Shown here: positions 46,516 to 55,692 of the stretch, piece by piece
How positions within the stretch are numbered: the first letter of the stretch is position 1
How the letters are laid out: every line of letters begins with the position of its first letter
DNA from: Thermoproteota archaeon
GTDB taxonomy: Archaea; Korarchaeota; Korarchaeia; Korarchaeales; JAOZGB01
Direction: 5' to 3'
DNA length: 64,000 bases
NCBI GenBank assembly: GCA_037917685.1
Contig: JAVCBU010000003.1
Location: 160,001 to 224,000, forward strand
Program-made: the position numbers and the translations under genes
The notes under the pieces: model-generated
The model's input: only the letters and a program-made list of their open reading frames with translations
Databases searched by the model: none
Told to the model about the DNA's origin: nothing

Positions 46516-46737
46516 TCACACCACATTTGGGATTTTAGCCCTCTTCCTTAAACTATTAAATCCTTCAACTGTAAGCCCTGAAATTCTCGCTGCCACGTAC
46601 AAATCTCCGGTTTCCACGTAGTATTTTAGGGCTGCTCTGGCTTTTGGAGGCTGCTTTTCGATGAATTCCCAGTCAGCCTCCTCCCTCCTAATCCTCCTAG
46701 CCTCCTCCTCAAGCCTCACCCACCAATCAATATCCAC
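46516..46737 (-). CDS. Small HTH antitoxin-like protein, copy A
   Basis: Upstream of PIN; GDLYVAARISGLTVEGFNSLRKRAKIP. Confidence 0.7.
   Translation of the reverse strand: MDIDWWVRLEEEARRIRREEADWEFIEKQPPKARAALKYYVETGDLYVAARISGLTVEGFNSLRKRAKIPNVV
46604..46730 (+). repeat. 127-bp exact direct repeat, copy 2
   Basis: Identical to 45853-45979. Confidence 0.95.
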
Positions 46738-46922
46738 TTCCCCTCAACAAAGTAACAATCTAAACTCGAATATAACGCTTAGCATAATATCGGTTTGGAG
46801 GACGGCCGCTGTAAACAGGGCGGGTATAGAAAGAAAATATTGTCCGTAGATTGTAGCCTCACTCGGCATCTACAGGTCTCCGCATTAGGGCTTGTGAGCT
46901 ATAATGACAAGTAAGACGTAAG

Positions 46923-46962
46923 ATTTTAGGCGTGTGATTTAAATTTTAGGCGTGCCTAGAAT
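46923..46962 (+). promoter_or_regulatory. TTAGG-N4-CCTA palindrome plus half-site around the TATA box
   Basis: attttaggcgtg twice; the second copy forms attttaggcgtgcctagaat. Confidence 0.5.
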
Positions 46963-46968
46963 CCATGC

Positions 46969-47865
46969 TTGGCTAAGACCATTGTAGTTCTAAGCGGGAA
47001 GGGTGGGGTTGGAAAGACTACAATATCCTCGTCTTTAGCCTACCTATACTCCAAGGATGGAGCTAGAATTGTAGCGGTTGACGCAGATGTGGATGCACCA
47101 GACCTAGAATACTTCCTTGGAAGCGGGAAAATAGTTAAGCAGGCCAGAATAGAAACCTCAGACAAGGCCCTTATAGACGAGTCCAAATGCATCGGCTGCG
47201 GCAAATGCGTCGAAGTCTGCATATATGGAGCTCTTACAATGCGTAAAGGCATGGCTAAAGTTGAGAGAATAATGTGTGAGGGTTGCGGAGCCTGCATGTA
47301 CGTCTGCCCTACAGACGCGATCATGCTTGAGAAACACAGGGGAGGCACGATAACAGTTAAAGAGACAAGGTACGGGTTTAAACTTGTAACAGGAAGAATA
47401 GGCCTCGGAGAACACAACTCTGGAAAAATGGTTTCCGTAGCAAGAACAGAAGCATACAAGATAGCTCAGGCTGAAGGCTCGGACATTATACTCGTAGATG
47501 GGGCTCCAGGCATCGGCTGCCCTGTAATAGCAAGTGTGACAGGCTCAGACTACGTGGTAGCAGTAGCAGAGCCTACAAAGCTCTCATATCAAGGCCTCAC
47601 CCGTCTCCTAGACGTGGTTGGACACTTTAAGATTAAGGCAGGCATCGTAATAAACAAATGTGACATTTCAGACGGGTGGACAACTAAAATAACAGGGTAT
47701 ACAATGTCGAGAGGATACCAGCTGCTCGGACAGATACCTTTAAGTCGGGAGGTCGTCGAGGCGATGTCTCATATGAGCCCTCCACCAGAGTACAAGCCGG
47801 GAAGCAGGGTCTCAGAGAGGATCACAAGCATATACAAGGAAATTAGGAGGGTGACTGAGGTTTGA
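46969..47865 (+). CDS. MinD-superfamily P-loop ATPase with inserted 2x[4Fe-4S] ferredoxin domain
   Basis: SGKGGVGKTT, DADVDAPD, CIGCGKC/CEGCGAC, SGKMV, DGAPGIGCPV, AEPT. Confidence 0.92.
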   Translation: MAKTIVVLSGKGGVGKTTISSSLAYLYSKDGARIVAVDADVDAPDLEYFLGSGKIVKQARIETSDKALIDESKCIGCGKCVEVCIYGALTMRKGMAKVERIMCEGCGACMYVCPTDAIMLEKHRGGTITVKETRYGFKLVTGRIGLGEHNSGKMVSVARTEAYKIAQAEGSDIILVDGAPGIGCPVIASVTGSDYVVAVAEPTKLSYQGLTRLLDVVGHFKIKAGIVINKCDISDGWTTKITGYTMSRGYQLLGQIPLSREVVEAMSHMSPPPEYKPGSRVSERITSIYKEIRRVTEV

Positions 47866-48725
47866 AAGTAGCGGTTACGGGCGGGAAGGGTGGAGTAGGG
47901 AAATCCACGATAGCATCAGCCCTAATAAGATACTGCTCAACAATGGGTAAAATCCTGGCTGCAGACCTCGATGTTGATAATCCATGCCTATCTTCAATGC
48001 TCGACATGCCCAGTCCCTACAAGGTTGAAGATGCAGAAACCTTTAAGCCTAAGGTGGTGGCTGCAAGGTGCATAGGCTGCCATAAATGTGTGGACGCCTG
48101 CCGGGAGCACGCGCTCTACGGCCTTGAGGGAGGGGTGCCCACCCTATTCGACCAGCTGTGCTCTGGATGCGGAGCCTGCAGGCTAGTATGCCCAGCAGCC
48201 GCCATTGAAGATGATAGCAAGATACTTGGCCAAATATCATGGTATAACAAGGGTAATATAACCCTTATAGAAGGAAGGATCAGGCCTGGGGAGGCTAGAT
48301 CCCCTATAGTTGCACGGCAGACCGCCCTAGCCGCCGACAGAGAATACTCTAAGGGAGTGTACGAGCACCTCGTCATCGACACTATGCCTGGTGTTGCAAA
48401 TCCGGTTGCCCAGGCCCTTTCAATCGCTGAAAAAGTCGTTGCAGTAACGGAGCCCACACTCCTAGGAATACACGATCTCATGTTAACAATGGAATTATCA
48501 GAATATCTTGGGAAAACAGTCGGAATAGTGATAAATAAGGCGGACATTTCAACCGAACACCTCAGCAAGCTCAGAAACATTTGTAAGGAGAAAGGAGTAG
48601 AAATAATAGTTGAGATCCCCTATAGTAGGGACATCCTGTTTACAAGCGTATCAAGAACACTAGGAAACGAACTTGAAACATACACTAGAAAAATCCTATC
48701 ATGGCTGAAATATGAAAACCCATAG
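47862..48725 (+). CDS. Second MinD-superfamily ATPase with ferredoxin insert
   Basis: GGKGGVGKST, DLDVDNP, CIGCHKC/CSGCGAC, VTEPT. Confidence 0.92.
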   Translation: MKVAVTGGKGGVGKSTIASALIRYCSTMGKILAADLDVDNPCLSSMLDMPSPYKVEDAETFKPKVVAARCIGCHKCVDACREHALYGLEGGVPTLFDQLCSGCGACRLVCPAAAIEDDSKILGQISWYNKGNITLIEGRIRPGEARSPIVARQTALAADREYSKGVYEHLVIDTMPGVANPVAQALSIAEKVVAVTEPTLLGIHDLMLTMELSEYLGKTVGIVINKADISTEHLSKLRNICKEKGVEIIVEIPYSRDILFTSVSRTLGNELETYTRKILSWLKYENP

Positions 48726-48928
48726 AATAGAAGGCTAAACACTAACAGGAAAGCTGATAGTACGGGTTCAACAACCCACAAAATACGGCTTTCAAATCTA
48801 AAATTTAAAATTTATTTGATTAGGTACTTTCTTAAAATATGTTTACATCTATTTACACATTACCTTTCCAGTGGTTTACGATTTAGTCGAATAGGGAACA
48901 TTTAAATAATTGTGTTACTTTTCGTAAA

Positions 48929-49858
48929 ATGATGCTACCATACATGGTTCGTGTCTGTCTAGCCCTAATGGTGTTAAGCCTACTCGTCCAGATCTCTGGC
49001 CAGGAGAAGCCACTAGTGGTGGTAACGTCGACGGTTCTCGGAAGCATAGTTGAAGATCTCGCAGGTGACCAGGTTGAGGTTCGTGTAATCTTAAACCCTG
49101 CATTATGCCCGGCACACCAAGATCTTAAACCGAGTGATGTCGAACTAGTCTCAAGGGCGAAGCTACTACTCTACCATGGCTTTGAACCGTTTGTAGATAG
49201 GCTGGTGGAGGCTGCCGGCAACAGAACAGTTGCCGTCAGGGTGGGAGGTCTATGGAACACGTTCGATGCGTTAAGGGGTAAGTACAGGAACATCTCCGAA
49301 ATCCTCTCCCAGCATCTCGGAATTGACGTGTCTAGCAGACTTGAAGAATGCCTACACGCCATAGATCGCGTGGAGGCTGAAGTAATGTCGAGTATAGGGG
49401 AGCTTGACCCGTCAAGGATAAATGTTATCGTCATGGCTTGGCAGGCGGACTTTGTTAAGAGCCTCGGCTTCAACGTGGTTGCGACTTATCCTCCTCCAGA
49501 GAGGATGTCTGCAGGGTACATATCTAACCTTGTCTCGGTGGGAACCAAGGAAAACGTCCAAATGGTTATAGATAACCTTCAGAGTGGAGTAGACGTTGGA
49601 AGGGAGATAGCTAACAAGATAGGCGCAGTACACGTGGTACTCACAAACTTCCCGGAGACATCTCCCGGAGTGGAAAATGTGACAATGATGCTCAGGTATA
49701 ATACGGAGTCTCTAAAGACGGCACTGCTTACGGCGGAGGTTAAGATAGAGCTTCAGAAAGCCCGGAGAAAAGCTGAAACCTACATGTACCTGAGCATAGG
49801 CCTCCTGGCCATAGTGATAGTTGAAAGCTTAATAATAGCTGTGAGGTCTAGGGGATGA
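48929..49858 (+). CDS. Metal (Zn/Mn/Ni-type, ZnuA-like) ABC transporter substrate-binding protein with C-terminal TM
   Basis: CPAHQDLKPSD, LLYHGFE; signal peptide. Confidence 0.85.
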   Translation: MMLPYMVRVCLALMVLSLLVQISGQEKPLVVVTSTVLGSIVEDLAGDQVEVRVILNPALCPAHQDLKPSDVELVSRAKLLLYHGFEPFVDRLVEAAGNRTVAVRVGGLWNTFDALRGKYRNISEILSQHLGIDVSSRLEECLHAIDRVEAEVMSSIGELDPSRINVIVMAWQADFVKSLGFNVVATYPPPERMSAGYISNLVSVGTKENVQMVIDNLQSGVDVGREIANKIGAVHVVLTNFPETSPGVENVTMMLRYNTESLKTALLTAEVKIELQKARRKAETYMYLSIGLLAIVIVESLIIAVRSRG

Positions 49859-50250
49859 GGTATCTAAGCCTTAAAGATGCTGGAGCCTTCCATGGACACC
49901 TAGGGCCATACCTCACACTAGGTTACATGGCAGGTATGCTCGCTGTCTCGATTCTCAAGCCCAAGGACGAACTAAGCATGGAGGCTGTTGTTGAATGCCC
50001 TTGGAGAAGACCTTTTACATGCTTCGTTGACGGAGTCCAATGCTCAACAAAGTGCACCCTTGGCAAGGGAAATATCAAGCTTAAGGAGTCTGAAGGCCTT
50101 GCAGTCTCATTCACCGTTAGAGGAGGAGGTAAGCTTAAGATTAGAGTGAGGCATTCAATACTAGAAAAGCTGGCTGACTACCGGAAGATGGAGGATGCTG
50201 TCAGATGGATCCTAAGCACAAAACCAGAGGAAATATTCGAACTGTGCTAG
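49855..50250 (+). CDS. FmdE-family protein
   Basis: FHGHLGPYLTLG, CFVDGVQ.STKCTLGKGNI. Confidence 0.9.
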   Translation: MRYLSLKDAGAFHGHLGPYLTLGYMAGMLAVSILKPKDELSMEAVVECPWRRPFTCFVDGVQCSTKCTLGKGNIKLKESEGLAVSFTVRGGGKLKIRVRHSILEKLADYRKMEDAVRWILSTKPEEIFELC

Positions 50251-50924
50251 AATTTATCGATGTGTGGACAAGGTATAGGGGTGAGAAGAACCCTGCTCTC
50301 AAAGGAGTGACGCTCAAAGTAGGGTATGGAGAGTTCACCCTGATTACCGGGCCAAACGGCGCTGGAAAAACAACCCTAATAGAGACCGCTATAGGGCTTC
50401 TCAGGCATGAGAGGGGAACCGTCAGGCTTCTAGGGCTTCCTCCAACCAGCAGGGAAGCAAGGCTGAAGATAGGCTACCTCCCACAGGATTTTATGAAAAC
50501 CCCTTACGAGCCATACACAGCCAGGCAGGTTGTAGAGATGGCCTTCTCATCATATAGGAAGCCGCTCTCAACTTTAACACCGGAACAGTTAGAGGCTGTG
50601 GATAGAGCTATGAGCCTCGTGGGAGTCAGGGAGCTTGCCCATAAGAGTTTTGGAAAGCTCAGCGCCGGCCAGCAGCAGAAAATCTTAATAGCTAGAGTGC
50701 TGGCTAGAATGCCTAAAGTTCTATTCCTAGATGAGCCTTTCAGCAGCCTAGATCATAAATCAAGACTAAAAGTATCTACAATACTTTCAAAGCTTAACAG
50801 GGAAGGAGGAGTGACAATATTAATGGTTTCACATGATCTCTCAACGATTCCAGAAGCCTGCACAAGGATAGTTGAGATGCAAGAGGGAGAAATAGTAGGT
50901 GTCAAGAGATGCCGTGGACCCTAA
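50205..50924 (+). CDS. Metal ABC transporter ATP-binding subunit
   Basis: GPNGAGKTT, GYLPQ, LSAGQQQK, FLDEP, VSHD. Confidence 0.92.
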   Translation: MDPKHKTRGNIRTVLEFIDVWTRYRGEKNPALKGVTLKVGYGEFTLITGPNGAGKTTLIETAIGLLRHERGTVRLLGLPPTSREARLKIGYLPQDFMKTPYEPYTARQVVEMAFSSYRKPLSTLTPEQLEAVDRAMSLVGVRELAHKSFGKLSAGQQQKILIARVLARMPKVLFLDEPFSSLDHKSRLKVSTILSKLNREGGVTILMVSHDLSTIPEACTRIVEMQEGEIVGVKRCRGP

Positions 50925-51703
50925 TACTCTATGCCTACATAGCTTCAGCGCTTGCAGGGATACTATGCGGGTCTACAGGCGTTCTGGCGTCTAAGCTGGG
51001 TCTGAGGACTGTAGCGTTCTCTATGTCCCATGCAGCCATGGCAGGGGCGGCAGTAGGCCTGTATGCAGGTCTAAACCCGGAAGCTGTGGCATTCGCACTT
51101 GCAGCAGCCACGGCCGTAGCGCTAGGGCCGCTAGCTGAACACTCTAGGATACCTTCAGAGCTTGTGTCTATGGCCCTATTCTCAGGCTACACGGCGATGG
51201 CCTTTATATTCACCTACCTGTCACCTGGGACAGCCCTCTCAACAAGAACCCTTTCACTTGTATTTTGGGGAAGCGTACTCGCGGTAACCCAAGGCTATAT
51301 AATCCTATTATTAGCATCGATAATTTCTATAGCCTTTCTCCTAGTGGCGTTCTGGCCGCAGTTCTCAACAATATTCTTCGACAGGAAAATAGCTGAGGCT
51401 GAGGGGATAAACACAAAAGCGTATATTTACATGGCAACCATAATCACAGGGGTAACAGTAATACTGATCCTGAAGCTTGTGGGGGGATTTCTGGTTTTCT
51501 CTCTATTGTACACGCCGGCAGCAGCATCAATAAAGGTAGGCCGAACCCTAAAAAGAATGGTCTTATCGGCAGCCCTATTGGGGTCACTCTCAGGAGTGAT
51601 AGGGGTGACGATAAGCCTCCTAGCAGATCTCCCAGTAGGGGCATGTATCTCCCTGTCTTCAACGATGACACTTCTTACCGTCATGTTTAAACAGTCAAAA
51701 TAA
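50909..51703 (+). CDS. Metal ABC transporter permease (ZnuB-like)
   Basis: MSHAAMAGAA, FWGSVL, FDRKIAEAEG, LVG..LV..LL..PAA. Confidence 0.9.
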   Translation: MPWTLILYAYIASALAGILCGSTGVLASKLGLRTVAFSMSHAAMAGAAVGLYAGLNPEAVAFALAAATAVALGPLAEHSRIPSELVSMALFSGYTAMAFIFTYLSPGTALSTRTLSLVFWGSVLAVTQGYIILLLASIISIAFLLVAFWPQFSTIFFDRKIAEAEGINTKAYIYMATIITGVTVILILKLVGGFLVFSLLYTPAAASIKVGRTLKRMVLSAALLGSLSGVIGVTISLLADLPVGACISLSSTMTLLTVMFKQSK

Positions 51704-51782
51704 TGCTAAGCCCTCATAAATAAGGGATTCGTCTCAAAATAGACTATTCTCATGGTTTACACATTCAACATGAGTGGGCAGA

Positions 51783-51802
51783 TTTTGTGAATATACAAGA
51801 AA
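51783..51802 (+). promoter_or_regulatory. Palindromic operator, site 3
   Basis: ttttgtgaatatacaagaaa directly before the TATA-like tattatta of the radical SAM gene. Confidence 0.55.
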
Positions 51803-51835
51803 TATTATTAGTGTTTCTGTACTATACCTAGTAGG

Positions 51836-52771
51836 ATGGGCGTAGTTTTTGGCCCTGTTCCATCCCGGAGACTCGGGAGGTCTCTTGGAGTTAATAATAT
51901 CCCATCGAAGCATTGCACCTATTCCTGCATATACTGCCAGCTTGGAATAACAAAGAAGATAACCATAGATAGGAGAGGCTTCTACAAGCCCGAAGACATC
52001 GCCCTAGAGGTAGCTAAAAGAATCGAAACTATTCGGGACGGAGTCGAATACGTAACATTTGTATCTGACGGTGAGCCCACCCTAGATGTAAACCTGTCTA
52101 AAACAGTCAAGCTCATAAGGGAGATTACAGACAAACCCCTAGCAATACTTTCCAACGCATCTCTAATATGGATGCCCGAAGTGAGCAAAGACTTACAACT
52201 ATTTGATCTGGTTTCCCTAAAGCTTGATTCAACCATAAAGGAGGTCTGGCGTCGAATTAACAGGCCCCACCCAGATCTAAATCTGCTAAAAATCCTTGAG
52301 GGGGTGGAAAAATTCCAGAAAGAGTTCGAGAAAAGCCTAATATTTGAGGTCATGCTTGTTAAAGGAGTAAATGACACCTTGGAAAACGCTAGGTCTGTGT
52401 CATCCTATCTTTCAAGCTTAAAATTTGAAAAGGTATACATTGCGGTCCCAACAAGGCCTCCTACACTTCCGTGGGTCAAGCCGCCGGACACAGCTAGGTT
52501 TAATATTTTCTACGGAGTGCTCAGGGATACGCTAGGGCCAGAAATGGTTGATACTCTTGTAAAAAGCGAGGGACCCGACTTTTACATATCACAGAACGTT
52601 GAAGACGAAATACTGTCTATAGTGAGAGTTCATCCGCTTAGAGAAGACTATGCGTCTTTATTGATAAGAAGGCGTGGTGGAAATCCTGAAATAATAATTA
52701 GAAAAATGGTGGAGGAAGGTAAAGTCAGGATAAAAACCTACCAGGGATACAGATTCGTCCATGCAGCCTGA
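51836..52771 (+). CDS. Radical SAM protein (TYW1-related, FGPVPSRRLGRSLG type)
   Basis: VFGPVPSRRLGRSLGVN, CTYSCIYCQLG, DGEPTL, PTRPP. Confidence 0.9.
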   Translation: MGVVFGPVPSRRLGRSLGVNNIPSKHCTYSCIYCQLGITKKITIDRRGFYKPEDIALEVAKRIETIRDGVEYVTFVSDGEPTLDVNLSKTVKLIREITDKPLAILSNASLIWMPEVSKDLQLFDLVSLKLDSTIKEVWRRINRPHPDLNLLKILEGVEKFQKEFEKSLIFEVMLVKGVNDTLENARSVSSYLSSLKFEKVYIAVPTRPPTLPWVKPPDTARFNIFYGVLRDTLGPEMVDTLVKSEGPDFYISQNVEDEILSIVRVHPLREDYASLLIRRRGGNPEIIIRKMVEEGKVRIKTYQGYRFVHAA

Positions 52772-52803
52772 AGGTTCCAAGAAGCCCTTGCAAACCTTTA
52801 TTC

Positions 52804-53100
52804 TCACTTGCTTTCAAGCTCTCCTATCCTTTTCTCTATATTCTCAAGTAGGCTTTTGAGGTAGTCCCTCTGCTGCTTAAGAATTCGAAGCTCCGTTTCC
52901 TTTGGTAACATGCCGGTTGGATATGGTGTTGGAGGCGTCGTTACAGGTGGTGTAGCAGGCGGCGTGTATCCTGTTTTCCCCAGCCAGAATATTGGTGGGA
53001 GGCCTCCAGGACTCCTTCCAACCCACCCGGGGCTATATCCGAACCTCATCCAGCCTGGCAGTCCTGTTAAGTAGAACATGTTTCTATGTCTCCACCCCAT
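52804..53100 (-). CDS. DUF5320-like protein
   Basis: GWRHRNMFYLTGLPGWMRFGY, Pro-rich middle, C-terminal coiled coil IEKRIGELE. Confidence 0.8.
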   Translation of the reverse strand: MGWRHRNMFYLTGLPGWMRFGYSPGWVGRSPGGLPPIFWLGKTGYTPPATPPVTTPPTPYPTGMLPKETELRILKQQRDYLKSLLENIEKRIGELESK

Positions 53101-53113
53101 GATACCACCATAT

Positions 53114-53133
53114 TTATGTGATATTGCTCAAAA
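53114..53133 (-). promoter_or_regulatory. Palindromic operator, site 4
   Basis: Minus strand ttttgagcaatatcacataa, between the TATA (ctttatat) and the DUF5320 start. Confidence 0.55.
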
Positions 53134-53270
53134 ATATAAAGCTTTTGAAATATGACCCTGCCTTTAAGAATCCTGGTATCATATGGAATCGGTTGAAATC
53201 TCATATAAGATTTCAACTTAAACCTCTTCACAATAATGCCTAACACAACACGTCTCCCATACCTCACGGG

Positions 53271-53292
53271 ATTTTGTGGTTTAACACAAAAT
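53271..53292 (+). promoter_or_regulatory. Palindromic operator, site 5 (perfect)
   Basis: attttgtg-gtttaa-cacaaaat, 8-bp perfect arms. Confidence 0.7.
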
Positions 53293-53316
53293 TTTTAGGA
53301 GTGCCCAACCATACAC

Positions 53317-53763
53317 ATGTTTGGGATATCAGTGGAGAGAGTTGCTATAGCATCTCAGGGGCCTGGCGGGCTCAAATCTATAGTAGATTTTAGGTTTGCA
53401 AGATGCCCATACTACACCATAGTAGACGTCGAAGACGGGCGGATTGTGAAAGTTCAAGAGGTTCCAAACCCAAACGCGATGGCTGGCCATGGGGCCGGCA
53501 TAGCAGCAGCTCAGATGCTTCAGGTCATGGGTGTGTCCGCTATAATAGCAGGATCGGTGGGCCCCAACGCATATTCAGCGCTGAAAAACATGAATATCAA
53601 AGTTTATGCTGGGATATCGGGGATAACTGTGGAAGATGCCGTTCAGAAACTTATCAGGGGGGAAATTAGGCCTGCTGAATACCCGACTGGTCCAGGTCAT
53701 GCGGGCTTTCCAGCCGGCCGCTGGGTGGAGCGCGGTAGGGGAAGATGGAGGCAGCCTTACTAA
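53317..53763 (+). CDS. NifB/NifX-family protein with Gly/Arg-rich tail
   Basis: RVAIAS...RFARCPYY...GHGAGIAAAQ...VGPNA. Confidence 0.9.
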   Translation: MFGISVERVAIASQGPGGLKSIVDFRFARCPYYTIVDVEDGRIVKVQEVPNPNAMAGHGAGIAAAQMLQVMGVSAIIAGSVGPNAYSALKNMNIKVYAGISGITVEDAVQKLIRGEIRPAEYPTGPGHAGFPAGRWVERGRGRWRQPY

Positions 53764-53886
53764 ATGTTGCACGCCTATTACGCGCTCTAATTTGAACGTG
53801 CTAGCCCTAAACTGAAAAAGGCCATAGGGTTCCACCTAGGTAGTAAGTTTTATTTTGATGTAACATTAAATTATATATGGTGTGTA

Positions 53887-54243
53887 ATGAATCTTCCCAG
53901 CAAGGTTGTTGACGAGCTAATAAACATTGCCGAGGAAGCCTTAAACCTCCCTAGGTCGGCCAAGTCTATCCTAAAACTACTATTCGATGAGGGAGAGGCA
54001 ACCATCGTGAAGATAGTTAGATCCACAAGGATATCCAGGAAGACGGTTCATGAGCATCTTAAGAGGATGCGGAGAATAGGATTAGTAGTCAGGAGGCCAT
54101 CAGAGGTCGGGGGACGGCTTCTCTACGTCTACTCAACACCCCCAGCTACGGCTGTGATAGGCCTTTTGAAAAGGGTACTCCTAGAAAGGCTCAGGACTCT
54201 TGAGGAGATTGAGAGGGTTCTTGGGGGTGTTGAGGGTGGGTAG
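53887..54243 (+). CDS. TrmB-like HTH transcriptional regulator
   Basis: ISRKTVHEHLKRM...GLVVR...YVYS.PP. Confidence 0.8.
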   Translation: MNLPSKVVDELINIAEEALNLPRSAKSILKLLFDEGEATIVKIVRSTRISRKTVHEHLKRMRRIGLVVRRPSEVGGRLLYVYSTPPATAVIGLLKRVLLERLRTLEEIERVLGGVEGG

Positions 54244-55666
54244 CCTGACAGGTGCTGTGGGCACATTTCAGAGGCTTATCGAAAACCCCCTGTCGAGAAA
54301 GCTTCTGAAATATACAGCCAGCTACTGTAGCAGGGACCGGGGGAGCAGGCTCGATGTGGCGCTTAGAATATACTCAGGGATACTAAGACCTGAAGATGCA
54401 TGTGTGAAGTGCAGGCTAACATCGAAGGCTGTCTCCAGGATTGTTGAAAGGGGTGCGAAGGCTTTCGGGGCAGACCTGGAGGAGGTTAGGGCAAGGCTTA
54501 GAGATTCCTATTGGAGGAGAGCCTTGGTTAATGTGGTTGAGGGCCTATCCTACTTTGGAGTTAAAAAGCCCTTCATCCCGGGTGCACCCTTCCTGGTGGT
54601 CTGGGATGTCACGTACGCCTGCAACCTGAGATGTAAGCATTGTTACGCCAACGCTGGGAAGCCTCTTAGCGACGAGCTTAGCACTGAGGAGGCAAAGAGG
54701 GTGATCGACATTCTTGATAAGGCTGGCGTAGTATCCATAGCGTGGTCTGGGGGAGAGCCCCTTGTAAGGCCTGACATATTTGAACTCTCAAAGTATGCCG
54801 CTGACAAGGGCATCTACGTTGCCATGGCTACGAATGGGACTCTTATAACCGAAGAGACCGCCGATAAGCTTATGGCTTCGGGTGTAAGGTTCCTCCAGAT
54901 AAGCCTCGACGGTGCCGACGCTAAGACTCATGACGAGTTCAGGGGTGTCCCTGGATCCTGGAGTAGGGCTGTAAGGGGGATAAAGATTGCTGTCAAGAAG
55001 GGGTTCTTCGTAAACGTTTCGACAACTGTGACCAGGTACAACCTGGGTGAGGTTCCAAGGATAATAGAACTTTGCAACTCCATTGGGGTTCAGTGGTTCA
55101 TGATGTACAACTTCATACCTACTGGGAGAGGCCTATTCATATGCGAGGAGGATATAAGCCCTGAGGAGAGGGAGAAACTTCTAAAGCTCCTGTGGAGGAT
55201 GCTCAAGGAGAGCGGCGGAATGAAGACTAGAGTGCTAAGCACCGCCCCACAGCTTGCGAGAGTAGCCCTATCAGAGGAGGGCGTCAACGTGATTCTCCCG
55301 ACACACTTCTACAATGCCAAGCTTGGGCGGAAGCTCAGCGGCCTAGCAGACTTCATAGGTGGATGCGGAGCTGGAAGATTCTACTTCGGCCTATGGCCGA
55401 ACGGTGACATGAGACCATGCGTCTTTTTCCCCATGAAGATAGGCAACATACTGGAGATAGGAGACGAATTCAAGGAGTGGTGGATATCAAACCAGGTCCT
55501 ACAAGAGCTGAGAGACAAGGACATGCTCCAGGAGCCATGTGGCTCCTGCAGGTTCAGATATGTATGCGGAGGCTGTAGGGCGAGGGCCTATGGCTACTAC
55601 GGAGACTACATGGCACCGGATCCGGGTTGCATCCTAGTTTCGAGGAGGCCGGCCTTGCAAAGCTAG
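54200..55666 (+). CDS. Radical SAM/SPASM domain protein
   Basis: CNLRCKHC, SGGEP, ISLDG...HDEFRG, GCGAGR, PCVF, CGSCRFRYVCGGCRARAY, DPGC. Confidence 0.95.
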   Translation: MRRLRGFLGVLRVGSLTGAVGTFQRLIENPLSRKLLKYTASYCSRDRGSRLDVALRIYSGILRPEDACVKCRLTSKAVSRIVERGAKAFGADLEEVRARLRDSYWRRALVNVVEGLSYFGVKKPFIPGAPFLVVWDVTYACNLRCKHCYANAGKPLSDELSTEEAKRVIDILDKAGVVSIAWSGGEPLVRPDIFELSKYAADKGIYVAMATNGTLITEETADKLMASGVRFLQISLDGADAKTHDEFRGVPGSWSRAVRGIKIAVKKGFFVNVSTTVTRYNLGEVPRIIELCNSIGVQWFMMYNFIPTGRGLFICEEDISPEEREKLLKLLWRMLKESGGMKTRVLSTAPQLARVALSEEGVNVILPTHFYNAKLGRKLSGLADFIGGCGAGRFYFGLWPNGDMRPCVFFPMKIGNILEIGDEFKEWWISNQVLQELRDKDMLQEPCGSCRFRYVCGGCRARAYGYYGDYMAPDPGCILVSRRPALQS

Positions 55667-55692
55667 CGCAACACAGCCCATGAGCATCTACG

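Noticed and set aside
49855-50250. FmdE as evidence of methanogenesis or the Wood-Ljungdahl pathway
   Set aside because: No catalytic fmd/fwd subunits nearby
42649-53763. NifB/NifX genes and P-loop ATPases as nitrogen fixation
   Set aside because: No nifH/D/K; the ATPases are MinD-type with a ferredoxin insert, and these small proteins are common in non-diazotrophs
54200-55666. Intact radical SAM/SPASM protein as the maturase for the relic peptides
   Set aside because: No adjacent precursor or RRE, and its SPASM tail differs from the 20.7-kb remnant; no link visible in the sequence
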